DNA from: a virus | Lineage: Duplodnaviria > Caudoviricetes | Virus record (IMG/VR): IMGVR_UViG_3300015206_000001 | Coordinates: 1-57,053 of that record | Length of the DNA: 57,053 nucleotides | Reading direction: 5' to 3' (one strand) | Shown: one piece after another, positions 26,852 through 36,508 of the stretch | Layout: the number at the start of each line of letters is the position of its first letter | Position numbering within the stretch: position 1 is the first letter of the stretch | The notes under the pieces: generated by a model | Told to the model about the DNA's origin: nothing | Seen by the model: the letters and a program-made list of their open reading frames with translations, nothing else | Databases searched by the model: none | Program-made: the position numbers and the translations under genes

Positions 26852-28837
26852 TCAATCCATGTAATCGGAGCGCGAGACACGGCGGGCGTAACGTGATGAC
26901 GGCGCGTCCTTGGCGGGCGTGGTAGCCGGCGCTGACGGCGCTGGCGAAGCGGCAGCCGGCGCGGCTACCGGAAGGGCCGGCGCGCGCAACAGATCCTCAA
27001 GATCACCCTGCGGCGCCGATGCCTGGGTTTCCCGTTCCGCTTCCATGCGGTTCCAGATCGCGTCAGGAAGTCCGCGGACGCCCCATTTGATCGCGGCGGC
27101 TTCCGCCTGCAGATGGGTGTCCAGCGCTTCATTGGCCTGGGCGGGGTCCTTGGTCCAGCGATAGACCACGAAACCCTGGCGATTCTTTTCGGGCGTGCGG
27201 CGCTCGGCAGTGAACTGCCGGAAATATTCGTCATCGAGGCCGCGCGGGAAAGCGACATAGCCGCGGACAAGCGGATCCGGCTTCGCCACGTTGCGATAGA
27301 GCGCCATCTTCAGCACGGAGGTTCCGAAATTGAAGAAGCGGCTCGAATAACGCAGCAACTTTCCGGTGCGCTCGTTGCGTTCTTTCTTGACCTTGGCCAG
27401 CAGCGGCGCGGAGTCCTCGCCCCGGCCGCGGACCATGATCAGCTTCGACGCCGGATGTCGCTTGGCAAAGCTCCAGACTTCCTCTGTCCAGGCGTTGCCG
27501 TCGATCGCCGTCATCTCGATGCCGATGCGGTGACCGAAGGCATTCGGCCATGTCTGTTTCTGGAGCCCGTCGAGCCGATCCTGGCACACCGGCTCGGAGA
27601 TGTGCCCGGGAATGACACCGTAGTCGACAACGAATCGTCGGCGATCTCTTCCGAACGCCACCGCCTGCCATTCCACGCGGTCGATCTGACAGTCGATCCC
27701 GATGAAGATCACCAGCGCACCGGGTGGAAGTGTTCCCCGGGCATAATCGGATTGCGCGGCGCGATCGCGCAAACTCTCCCATGGCGGCGATTCACCCTGG
27801 GTACGATAGGCGCGACCGGCGGTGTCGTTCGAAAACGTCTGTTCGGAGGCGGCATCACCTCTAGCCTTCAGCCACTCGCGGGCGATCCGTTCGAAGCTCT
27901 GCAGGAACGAATAGGCCGACCAGATCCAGAAGGAGCGATGCTGCCGGCGCGCGTTCTCATTCGATGCTCGCCACTGCAACCGCGCCAGCATCTGCGGGCG
28001 GTGATGCTCCTCGATTTCGCATCCGCACGCGGTGCAGGTGAAGTGCGCGAGCTCCGGATGTTCCGGATCGAGCGCCGCCAGCATATTCTCCCATTCCAAC
28101 ACCTGGAATTCATCGCAGTGTGGACACGGAACGAACGGCTTTTCCTGCGAGCCGAGTTCATAGGCCCGCGTAATGCGGCAGCCAGGCATCACCAGCGGAG
28201 TGCCCAGCTTCAGGATCTTCGCGAACTCATGAGCGCGCGACCGGCTATCGGCTTGCGCTTCCGGATCACCCGCGGAATTCATCTCCCATTTCGAGAGATC
28301 ATCCTGCGCCTGGCGGCGCATCGACACCTGAGACAGCGATGACGGCGAGTTCGCTCCCGAAATCAGGATGCAGCCGAGGCCGTCCTTGTGCTCCTTCATC
28401 AGGATTGCGTCGGAGCCGTCGCGCGATTTCTGCGGAAAGATCCGCGCTAGCGCCGTGGTCCCTCGCAGCATCGGCGCCAGCTTCAGCTTCGACCAGCGCC
28501 GCGCGTTGTCCTCAGTTGGATGCGTATACAGAAAATCGCAAGGGTCCAGCGCCAGCGAACCGGCGGTGAAGACGTTGCCCACCACAGTCTTGCCGACCTG
28601 AGCAGAGCCGACCACCGTGACGATGCGGCAGGGATCGTCCGGACCGAGCGCTCGGAAGACTTCGTCGAAGTACGGAAACAGCTTCCGGTTATACGGACCG
28701 GGGAACGGCGATTCCCGATCGGTGAATACGATGTTGCTCTCGGCCCAGGCGATGAAATCAACCGGCGGCGGTGGATCGAGCGCAAGTGCCGCGGCTTCCA
28801 TCGCCAGGCGATCGGCGTTCGTGATCTGGATCGTCAT
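26852..28837 (-). CDS. Terminase large subunit (GpA family)
   Basis: SAQVGKT Walker A, DDLSKW, GTP, VPCPHC, GIDCQ, NEALD. Confidence 0.96.
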   Translation of the reverse strand: MTIQITNADRLAMEAAALALDPPPPVDFIAWAESNIVFTDRESPFPGPYNRKLFPYFDEVFRALGPDDPCRIVTVVGSAQVGKTVVGNVFTAGSLALDPCDFLYTHPTEDNARRWSKLKLAPMLRGTTALARIFPQKSRDGSDAILMKEHKDGLGCILISGANSPSSLSQVSMRRQAQDDLSKWEMNSAGDPEAQADSRSRAHEFAKILKLGTPLVMPGCRITRAYELGSQEKPFVPCPHCDEFQVLEWENMLAALDPEHPELAHFTCTACGCEIEEHHRPQMLARLQWRASNENARRQHRSFWIWSAYSFLQSFERIAREWLKARGDAASEQTFSNDTAGRAYRTQGESPPWESLRDRAAQSDYARGTLPPGALVIFIGIDCQIDRVEWQAVAFGRDRRRFVVDYGVIPGHISEPVCQDRLDGLQKQTWPNAFGHRIGIEMTAIDGNAWTEEVWSFAKRHPASKLIMVRGRGEDSAPLLAKVKKERNERTGKLLRYSSRFFNFGTSVLKMALYRNVAKPDPLVRGYVAFPRGLDDEYFRQFTAERRTPEKNRQGFVVYRWTKDPAQANEALDTHLQAEAAAIKWGVRGLPDAIWNRMEAERETQASAPQGDLEDLLRAPALPVAAPAAASPAPSAPATTPAKDAPSSRYARRVSRSDYMD

Positions 28838-29529
28838 TCGTCGCCGTCGGCTTCATCGTCAGCGGCCAGTTCCTGCTCGATCGTCGCCGGCATCTGTTCG
28901 GCGACACGGCGGACCGCCGCAGCGGCGTCTCCCCTCACCTTACGGAAGTCGTTTCGCAGCAGATGCAGCACGTCACGCTGCGGCACCTGGAAGCGCGCGG
29001 CGATCGACGCCGCGAAGCTCGACAGCGCGCCGTCGAAAATCGTGACCAGCTGGACCGCGATCTTGCCGAATTGAGCCTGCGAGGCTTCGGCGTTGACCAG
29101 AAGGCCCGCGCGGGTTGCCTCTTCCTCGGCGTTCTTACGGTTCTGTCGGCGGAGCTGCTCGAGCCGCTCGCGCTTGATCTTCTCTTCGATCGGATCGAGG
29201 CGGACAGCATCAGCTGCAGGTTCGGTCGGCGGCGCAAGCGGCGTTGAAACCGGTTGTGTAGCGGGCGCCGGCGCGAGAGCGTCCAGCCTGGTCATCAAGC
29301 CGTTGCCGGTGCGCTGGACGATGTCCAGTTTCCGGTTCAGCTGTGCGACCGCGATGCTCTCGCGGATCTGCGCGTTACGCCCCTCGCCGACAATCGCAGC
29401 GCCGGAGATTTTCTTTTCCGAAATCCACTGCGACACGCGACCAGGCGAGACGTTGCGGCGTTTAGCGAAGGTGCCCTTCGAAATCACATCAGGATCAGGC
29501 GACGCGGCCAATGCGGCTCCGGACTCCAT
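28834..29529 (-). CDS. Terminase small subunit (Nu1-like)
   Basis: N-terminal wHTH SKGTFAKRRNVSPGRVSQW, then coiled coil; coupled to the large subunit. Confidence 0.85.
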   Translation of the reverse strand: MESGAALAASPDPDVISKGTFAKRRNVSPGRVSQWISEKKISGAAIVGEGRNAQIRESIAVAQLNRKLDIVQRTGNGLMTRLDALAPAPATQPVSTPLAPPTEPAADAVRLDPIEEKIKRERLEQLRRQNRKNAEEEATRAGLLVNAEASQAQFGKIAVQLVTIFDGALSSFAASIAARFQVPQRDVLHLLRNDFRKVRGDAAAAVRRVAEQMPATIEQELAADDEADGDE

Positions 29530-29539
29530 CGGGTTTCTC

Positions 29540-29670
29540 GAATTTAGGCCGCTCTTTAGCTGTTTAGGCCCCCAAAACTGGTTGTTTAGGCTGCAAAATC
29601 GCGCTGTGTCTGCCGATAACTCGGGCTGCTGCGGAGTCGCAGGGGGTGGTGGCCGGGGGAGGACCCGCGG
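29540..29670 (-). other. Putative cos packaging site
   Basis: GGGTCCT (identical to lambda cosQ) at 29666-29660; TTTAG(G)C repeats at 29543, 29555, 29563 and 29585 upstream of terS. Confidence 0.65.
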
Positions 29671-29710
29671 CTATATTGCGTTGCGACAGGCGCAGGAGGG
29701 GCGGAGGGCC

Positions 29711-30256
29711 TCAGCCCCGGGGGGCATGCCCGGCCAGGAGCGCCGCGACCTCGTGTTCGACCCGCGCCGGCAGCTCGGTGGCAACGGTGGCGAGAAACAT
29801 CGCAGCCGTCTCGCCCTTGACCATCTCGGCAGGCAGCGCCGGTCCCCACATCTTGCGGATGGGATTGCGGCCCTTCCCCATCCGGATGAAGGCCTGACCA
29901 CCCAATGACGGCGCGATGAATGAATGAGGGAAGACGCGACGCTTGCCCCATACGTTGGCCGAGACGCCGCGGTTGGTCTGTCGCGCACTGAATTCCTTCA
30001 GCGGGATATATCCACCGCGCGCCGCGATACGAAAGCTGCCCTGGTCGTAGCTCGCGCGCTGCACAAGAAGTGCTTTCTTCGCCGTGCTGTATTTGACACT
30101 GGTTTGCTTGGCCAGCGACCGCGCAACCAGCGTGACCATCTTGTCGCCGGTGTGGTTCACCGCGCGGCGGATCGCATGCGGCATCTGATTGCCGAGCTGG
30201 CGCAAAACCTTTTCGACGCTGATCAGCGACGAAACGTCGGCCGAGATCTCAAACAT
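29711..30256 (-). CDS. Minor tail protein (gpZ-like)
   Basis: AIRRAVNHT, IPLKEF, GRNPIRKMWGPA; basic protein. Confidence 0.7.
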   Translation of the reverse strand: MFEISADVSSLISVEKVLRQLGNQMPHAIRRAVNHTGDKMVTLVARSLAKQTSVKYSTAKKALLVQRASYDQGSFRIAARGGYIPLKEFSARQTNRGVSANVWGKRRVFPHSFIAPSLGGQAFIRMGKGRNPIRKMWGPALPAEMVKGETAAMFLATVATELPARVEHEVAALLAGHAPRG

Positions 30257-30435
30257 CAGCGACGCGTCCGCAACTTCGTCAGCATTTCGCGGCGAGTTTG
30301 CGCGGAACGTGCATCTTGCGCAAAGCTTTGCGCCGATCGGGCCAGCTCGTTCATGGCCGAGCGAACCTGACCATTTCCGGCATTCACAACGGCGCGCCGC
30401 AGCGATTGCTTACGTTCATTGCAGCGGCAGCCCAT
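30256..30435 (-). CDS. Hypothetical protein (59 aa)
   Basis: GGAGAG RBS before MGCRCNERK. Confidence 0.55.
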   Translation of the reverse strand: MGCRCNERKQSLRRAVVNAGNGQVRSAMNELARSAQSFAQDARSAQTRREMLTKLRTRR

Positions 30436-30455
30436 GAAGCTCTCCAAAAGCGGCT

Positions 30456-30545
30456 GCGCCCGCCGCGGGGTTTCCGGGGCGGGCGCTGGACGTAGTTCCG
30501 ATGGTTGGCATCATGTCAATGAGTCGCCCCCAAAACGCAAGCCCC
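30456..30545 (-). promoter_or_regulatory. Putative late promoter followed by a GC-rich hairpin
   Basis: TTGACA at 30519-30514; stem 30456-30468/30474-30486. Confidence 0.45.
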
Positions 30546-31451
30546 CTACTTCGCGGTTTCCACGGCCGGCTCAATCCCACGTCGCGGGGGAGGGCCAGCT
30601 CGCGGGCGATCCGGCTTCAGAGGCAGCGTTCGCATCGGGCCGACATAGCCAAACTTGACTGGGATGATGCGCGAAATCCATTCGTCGCTGTCTATCCAAG
30701 GCGCGGATGCGGCCTTAGGCGGCAATGCTTCGAACTTTTCTAGCGCCAATTCTGCCGCCAGCTTTACGAGAGCCTGGTGCCAGGCGAAATAGTCGGCACG
30801 GACCATCAGGACGGAAAGCGGCGACGGCGACCAGGTCACCGGGCAATGCGATCCCAGCGAGTAAAGGTTTTTGCCGCGGCATTCACCCACGATTGCAGCG
30901 TGTTGCGGCTTGAACTGCGACGGGGTCATTTCAGGAAGGGGCACATCGTTCCAGTCGGGTCGCGTACCCTTGATCGCATGTGCCGTGACCAACACGCCGG
31001 TCTTGACGCTACCGACCATCAGCACATCGCGCGGACGGTCAACGAAGAGAGTGGCGCCCTTGTCGCCAAAGAACGCTTTCAGGGCTTTATTGCCGGCGTT
31101 GCCCCACCCCACTTCCGTCGTCCTACCCCCTCGCTTGTGCACCGGCACAACATCGTTGATCGAGATCAAACCTGTGAGATCGCCGGCTATCGCGTCGAAA
31201 TGCACTTTCCAGTCGATCACGGTCTCGCCGAGCGCTGAGACCGCGACTTCAATTCGCTCCGCGTCTTTGTCAGGCAAACCGAAATGCGAATAGCGTTGCG
31301 CGGCGCCATGCCCACTGTCGACGCCGCCATGGTTCGAATAGTCCTGAATTTTATCCCAGATGCCTTCCGCAGCGGAACACTGCCGCTTCGATAGTTCGTC
31401 GACGTATACCCATCGCAGCAGGAGCTCGATGTCCATCTTCACTTTTTCCAT
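30546..31451 (-). CDS. Hypothetical protein in the late-regulator position
   Basis: 301-aa ORF between the replication region and the late operon. Confidence 0.75.
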   Translation of the reverse strand: MEKVKMDIELLLRWVYVDELSKRQCSAAEGIWDKIQDYSNHGGVDSGHGAAQRYSHFGLPDKDAERIEVAVSALGETVIDWKVHFDAIAGDLTGLISINDVVPVHKRGGRTTEVGWGNAGNKALKAFFGDKGATLFVDRPRDVLMVGSVKTGVLVTAHAIKGTRPDWNDVPLPEMTPSQFKPQHAAIVGECRGKNLYSLGSHCPVTWSPSPLSVLMVRADYFAWHQALVKLAAELALEKFEALPPKAASAPWIDSDEWISRIIPVKFGYVGPMRTLPLKPDRPRAGPPPRRGIEPAVETAK

Positions 31452-31499
31452 TTTCGTGATGCTCCAACATTGCCGAATGCCCTCCGATTTGCTGGCCGT

Positions 31500-31915
31500 C
31501 AGAAACCCTTCCGATCTGGAAGGGTTTTTCGCTTGAGAAACTGTTCTGCCCAGGAACCGTTTTAATGAAACTCACATCGATAGAACTTTCTTTGCGAGGG
31601 TTTGCGAGGGTTAGAGAGAGTTTAAGAAAGCAAGTGCGAGGGTTTTTGTCTTTCTTCTTCAATTTGTTAGTAAGAAAACGCGAGGGTAGAGAGGGTTTTC
31701 CCATGTGATGCCTGAGTCAGTTTACTGATGCGCTTCGCTCTCTCCTCCGCCCTCCCCGTGCGGCCCCGCGCCCCTCCTCGCATGTGTATGCGCGCGCGAG
31801 ACCCTCGCAACCCTCGCACAAAACGCGGAAACGCTTGTGTTGTAGGCATATTTCGACGCGCGAGGGTTTTTAGCAAACCCTCGACGGACCCTCGCAATGA
31901 CGCCAACCCTCGGTG
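31500..31915. repeat. Iteron-like CGAGGGT repeats; putative replication origin
   Basis: 10 copies (5 per strand) in 31595-31912, an AT-rich tract, and an inverted repeat at 31503-31527; just downstream of the primase-helicase. Confidence 0.7.
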
Positions 31916-31934
31916 GCGTTTTCGCAACAGATGA

Positions 31935-34900
31935 TCAGAACGGCTCACGTTCCATCCCTTCGTTCGGCGGTTGTTCGTGCGGTGGTGGTTGGCCTCGGCC
32001 TTCGGTCTGAGGCAGATCGTGCAGCGCGACGTCGACATAGACGTGCACCCGCTTGGTGTCGTCGCGTGTCAGTTTCTTTTTCATGGTGAGGCCGAAACGG
32101 GTCTCGAACATCTTCGCCATGCCGTTGACCTCGCACCAGGCCTTGTAGGCCACGTACATCGCGCGACCGGTCACACCTGCTCCACCGACATCCGGACGCA
32201 CGTGCGCGGCTATAAACTGCCCGCAAGGGTCCATCTCAGCGAAGTGGTCGGCTGTCGTCTTCAAGACGTCGTCTGAGAGGATGAAGCCATTGTTGAGGAA
32301 ATCCAGTGCTCCTTCGATCAGCCAGTTGAGAATGCCCGATCCGCCCGCAACGATCTCGGTGACGACGTCCTCGAAGTCACGATGCTTTTCGGTTGGAAGC
32401 GTTACCGACCATTCGACGATCGCCAGGCGACGCTGCATGCCGCCGTCGGAACCATCGAACTTCGGTTCGCCGTTGCCGCTCATGTGAGGCTTGCCGGTCG
32501 GCTTGAATTCGAAATAACCTTTGTACATCGTGCGCACGGGCCAGCGTTCGCCGCCGGTCAGCTTCTTGATGGTTTCCATCTTCAGCGGCGCGTCTTTCGG
32601 CAATTCGGCGATGCGCATATAGCGCTTGGCATAGCAGCGCGCGATGTCAGGCGTTGGCGCGCTCGGATTGTTCTGCACCTGGCCGGAAACGGATTCCGCG
32701 GGTAACCCGACCGACAGCCCGTCGCCGAACACGCGGGCCAGCACCTCGAGGTAAACGCTCTTACCGTTGCCGCCGGTACCGGTGTGATACATCACCCGCT
32801 GCACCGGTTGCGATGTCAGGCTCATGCCTGAGAACTGCTGGATGGTGCGCCGCTTTTTCGGCTCCGGCTGAAACAGATCGAGGAACACGTTGAATTCGCG
32901 CGCGAACGCCTTTGGATCGTAGGCATAGGGAATGACGGCGGTCAGCATGTCGGCGCGAACGTGGCCGCGTTTTGCCACCAGCCGATATTGCACGCGGCCG
33001 TCGACGACGAGCGAACGCCTGCCATTTGGATCCGGATTGTCAGGATCATCGATCGGCACGAAGGTCAACGTGTGCGTCAACGTCGCGACCTTGAGCGGGT
33101 CGGCATTGAAGGCATCGGGATGCCGGCGCAGGTGCGGCGCGGCTTCTTTCAGCATGTTCGAAATCCGGCCGGCGTTCTTCGAACCGACACCCCATTTTCG
33201 ATGGTTGGTGCGGCGAGAGGATCTGGCCGAGCGAGCTTTCTTTGCGGTCTTGATCAATTCATTCAGCAGAGCGATCGCCGCGCGCGTTTCGGGCTTGTCG
33301 GAATCTGTGTCGATATCCTTCAGCTCTTTCGCGGCCGCCTCTCCCTCTCTGATCGCGCGTTCCTCGGACGGCGTGAATTCGATGAAATCGGCTTCCAGCT
33401 TGATGAGATCGCCGACGCGCTGCGCGACCAGGCGCGCGCCCGCTGTTCCTCCGGACAAGTCCCAGTGCGTTCCGGTCCAGGCAAGCATTTGGCCAGCTTC
33501 GACATCGTCTTCCTGCCGGACCAGAATATCGTTGCCGAAATAAGCCAGTAGACGCTTGCCGTTGTCGACGTCCGAGTGATCGAGGCTCGCGCAATACCGG
33601 AACGTCTCCTCGCTGATCGTTTCATCCGGCGGTTTGTCGTCGCCACCGTCATCGTTTGCGAGGGTTTGAGGGTCGTTTTTTTCCCCTACGGGGGAACGGG
33701 GGGGCGAAGCGGAAGACGAAAAAGAAGTGGAAGGCGAAGGCTCGGAAAAATCACCGTCTACTGCAGGGGAAGGATGTTCGGACGGCCGCTGGTCGCGGCC
33801 GACTTTCAGTGCGGTCGCTTCGCGACGCACATGATCGAGATCCGCGGGCAGCTTTTTGCCGAGCTTCACCGCGTCTGCGATCACCTTCTTGACCGCGCGG
33901 ACACCATCGTCGCGTATCAGGCCGCATCCAGCGGCCGCCTCCTCGAGCGCGGCCCGCGCGAAGCCCTCGTGCAGGGCGCTGGCGGCCGACAGTGATCCAA
34001 TGCGCTGGCTCGAGGCCTGCAGCATCAGCACGCGTGCTTCGCCCTCGGCCGACTTGACCCTTGCGATCGCGCCGTTGAGCTCGGCCAGGCCGAACTTGCG
34101 GATGGCTTCCGCGATCGCGGCGGGATCTATAGACTCGGCGGGCGCTTGCTCCTCGAAGATTGGTGCCGCGTCGACAATGCCGGCGATGCGCTCGAGGGCC
34201 GCTATAGTAGCGATCTCATCCCCGCGCGTCTCACGCAAGAGATCGTCGAAATCGGAGCCGGCCGGCGCCCATGCGATGCGCACGGTGCGCCCCGGCCTGG
34301 CGTAACGGGTCGCGGCGCGCTCCATCGCGAGTTTCGTGGAGAACGGATCCGATGTTGAATCGCCAAGCAGCACCAGATCTGACACGCTGTCGGGGATGTC
34401 GATCGCAGGCGTGGTCAGGTCGGGCGTGCCGCCCGGCACCTTGATAGGCTTACCGCTCTTCTCGCTCTTCAGCATCGGATGAGTCACCGTGCCGGAGGCC
34501 TTACCTGCCAGGTTACCGAGGTCGCATGCGGACCAGACTGCGCTCGTCGAGAGATCGCGTCCCGTCGACTCCAGCGCCATATAAACTGCGATCGTCTTTT
34601 CGATCGCCTCACCTATCACCAGGAACTTCGGCCGCGGCGGACCGCAAAGCGCGATGAAATTGCCCTGTTTTGACCCGCGCGACTTCTTGGCGTCGAGCAG
34701 TTCGCCCTCGTGCTCGAGCTGCAGCTTTCCTTTCGGCCGATCGAGATCGAGATAGGTGAAATGCAGCCCTTGGAATTCACGGCCGGCATTGATGATCGGC
34801 GCCACCATCGCGGGCCCGCGATGCACAATCGTGTCCTTGTCGACGTGGTAGGGCATCGCCTCGACGCACTTGATCGGCTCTGCGCGATAGGCGGCCGGCG

Positions 34901-35435
34901 GAGGAAATGTCAAACCACGGATGCCGGCATAGATCTCCGCCGAGGAGCCGGCGAACGAATGGGCATGCTGATAGATGTCGCGAACGGTCCGGATCTCGCG
35001 CTGCCGATAGATGTTGTCATCCTCAATCCGTCGGCGTTCGCGCTCGGCCGCCTCGGCCTGCAGTTCCTCGCTCTTTTTGCGCGTCTCCTCCGTGATGACA
35101 CTGCCGCGCGCCGGCGGCGGTTCTCCGGTGATCAGCTCGCACGCGGCCAGGAACGGTACGCCGCAGGTGTGCATCACCATGGCGATAACATCACCGCCAA
35201 CGCCTCCGCGGCGGCAATTGAAGACGCCTTTCGCGGGATTGACCGAAAAGCCGTCCGCCTGGCGCCTGGCGCCTTTCGCATCAGATCCACCGCCGCATAG
35301 CGGACACGGTCCGACGTACTCGCGCGACTTCTTTCGCAGCTTCGCGTTAACGATCCCGCTTTGGGCCACGTCGAGTATCTTGGAATCGAGTGCCCGACGA
35401 CGCCAGGCCTCGTATGCGTCGTCGAGTGAAGTCAC
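31935..35435 (-). CDS. Primase-helicase (Zn finger, TOPRIM, D5/P4-family SF3 helicase)
   Basis: GPCPLCGG..FNCR; GEAIE..LGD..DFDD; GTGGNGKS Walker A; IKKLTGGE. Confidence 0.9.
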   Translation of the reverse strand: MTSLDDAYEAWRRRALDSKILDVAQSGIVNAKLRKKSREYVGPCPLCGGGSDAKGARRQADGFSVNPAKGVFNCRRGGVGGDVIAMVMHTCGVPFLAACELITGEPPPARGSVITEETRKKSEELQAEAAERERRRIEDDNIYRQREIRTVRDIYQHAHSFAGSSAEIYAGIRGLTFPPPAAYRAEPIKCVEAMPYHVDKDTIVHRGPAMVAPIINAGREFQGLHFTYLDLDRPKGKLQLEHEGELLDAKKSRGSKQGNFIALCGPPRPKFLVIGEAIEKTIAVYMALESTGRDLSTSAVWSACDLGNLAGKASGTVTHPMLKSEKSGKPIKVPGGTPDLTTPAIDIPDSVSDLVLLGDSTSDPFSTKLAMERAATRYARPGRTVRIAWAPAGSDFDDLLRETRGDEIATIAALERIAGIVDAAPIFEEQAPAESIDPAAIAEAIRKFGLAELNGAIARVKSAEGEARVLMLQASSQRIGSLSAASALHEGFARAALEEAAAGCGLIRDDGVRAVKKVIADAVKLGKKLPADLDHVRREATALKVGRDQRPSEHPSPAVDGDFSEPSPSTSFSSSASPPRSPVGEKNDPQTLANDDGGDDKPPDETISEETFRYCASLDHSDVDNGKRLLAYFGNDILVRQEDDVEAGQMLAWTGTHWDLSGGTAGARLVAQRVGDLIKLEADFIEFTPSEERAIREGEAAAKELKDIDTDSDKPETRAAIALLNELIKTAKKARSARSSRRTNHRKWGVGSKNAGRISNMLKEAAPHLRRHPDAFNADPLKVATLTHTLTFVPIDDPDNPDPNGRRSLVVDGRVQYRLVAKRGHVRADMLTAVIPYAYDPKAFAREFNVFLDLFQPEPKKRRTIQQFSGMSLTSQPVQRVMYHTGTGGNGKSVYLEVLARVFGDGLSVGLPAESVSGQVQNNPSAPTPDIARCYAKRYMRIAELPKDAPLKMETIKKLTGGERWPVRTMYKGYFEFKPTGKPHMSGNGEPKFDGSDGGMQRRLAIVEWSVTLPTEKHRDFEDVVTEIVAGGSGILNWLIEGALDFLNNGFILSDDVLKTTADHFAEMDPCGQFIAAHVRPDVGGAGVTGRAMYVAYKAWCEVNGMAKMFETRFGLTMKKKLTRDDTKRVHVYVDVALHDLPQTEGRGQPPPHEQPPNEGMEREPF

Positions 35436-35785
35436 GCAGCGACCTCGATCTCTTCATCACCGGTAGCGACCGGCGCCGGCGCGGCTGCCTTCTGCGCCCG
35501 CCGACGTTCCTTGATCCGATCGAGCAGGACATGGTCGGAGAGAATGAGGTCGATCAGCTGCACCACGCCGAACAGGTCGTCACGCTTTTGGATCTGCGAC
35601 GGCATAGGCACGTCGATCAACCCTGCAGCAAGCAGCGTCAGCTGGCTGGATTCAACCCGCGAGGCCTCGGCGAATGCGGCATCCCGCATGCGGTCCAGCG
35701 TGGTCGACTTAGCCGGCGGTAGCTTGCGCATCGCCGCTTCGATCGAGATTTGGCAAGTTTGTTTTACGGCGAGGTTTTGTGTCAT
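35432..35785 (-). CDS. Hypothetical protein
   Basis: Coupled ORF in the early operon. Confidence 0.7.
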   Translation of the reverse strand: MTQNLAVKQTCQISIEAAMRKLPPAKSTTLDRMRDAAFAEASRVESSQLTLLAAGLIDVPMPSQIQKRDDLFGVVQLIDLILSDHVLLDRIKERRRAQKAAAPAPVATGDEEIEVAA

Positions 35786-35952
35786 CGGAAGAAGATCTCT
35801 ATTTTGCAGTTTGCGAAGTTTCGCGTGTCGACGTCGACGCTATCGATCCGCTGTGCGGTCTTTTCCTCGAGATCAACGAGAATTTTTTGAATCGCAGTTT
35901 CCGCTTTTTCGCGCTCCCGTTCGGTCATCGCCGTTGTTGGTCCGGTCGCCAT
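35782..35952 (-). CDS. Hypothetical protein
   Basis: Coupled ORF with GGAGG RBS. Confidence 0.65.
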   Translation of the reverse strand: MATGPTTAMTEREREKAETAIQKILVDLEEKTAQRIDSVDVDTRNFANCKIEIFFR

Positions 35953-36218
35953 TAGATTGCCTCCTTGCAGGCCTGACATGTGACCTTGTCGCTATAGGCA
36001 TCGAGCGTGCAGCAGATCTCAGCGCCATCTTCGCAAATAGCAATGCGCGTCGACATCTGATAGCTCGAAGCGATTATCCCGCAGCCGGTGCGAGCTCGCT
36101 TGGTGGTAACGACCAGCCAGTGCAGGGTCGACGGGGCAACGTCTCCTATGACGATCGGCACCGGCGAAGGCCCACCCGATGCGGCGAAGTCGAACAGGTC
36201 CAGCTCTCTTGGACTCAT
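35952..36218 (-). CDS. Hypothetical Cys-containing protein
   Basis: HWL..TGCG..VTCQAC, possible Zn binding. Confidence 0.6.
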   Translation of the reverse strand: MSPRELDLFDFAASGGPSPVPIVIGDVAPSTLHWLVVTTKRARTGCGIIASSYQMSTRIAICEDGAEICCTLDAYSDKVTCQACKEAI

Positions 36219-36478
36219 GAGAATCTTCCCCCGTTCGGCCGCAGATCTGCGGCATTCAGCCAGTCGTTGATTTTGATCAGCACCAGGCGCCGCGCCTCGG
36301 CCATGTCGTCTGCAGGGCGCCAGGCGGTCGCGCTGGCCTCAGGAAGCGTGAGCCGGAAGCAGGTGCGGTTACCGTGCGGCATGATCTCGCCGACTGTGAC
36401 GCGGCCAAGCATCACCGCCTCACGGCCGAGCGTGAGCGGTCGAAACGCCACCACGCCCTCATGCAATTCCCCGCCCAT
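36215..36478 (-). CDS. Hypothetical protein
   Basis: AAGGA RBS; coupled. Confidence 0.65.
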   Translation of the reverse strand: MGGELHEGVVAFRPLTLGREAVMLGRVTVGEIMPHGNRTCFRLTLPEASATAWRPADDMAEARRLVLIKINDWLNAADLRPNGGRFS

Positions 36479-36508
36479 TGTCCTTAGCCCCTGCCGGTGA
36501 TGCCGTGA

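Noticed and set aside
31595-31912. CRISPR-like array
   Set aside because: Repeats are 7-10 bp, in both orientations and irregularly spaced; no cas genes.
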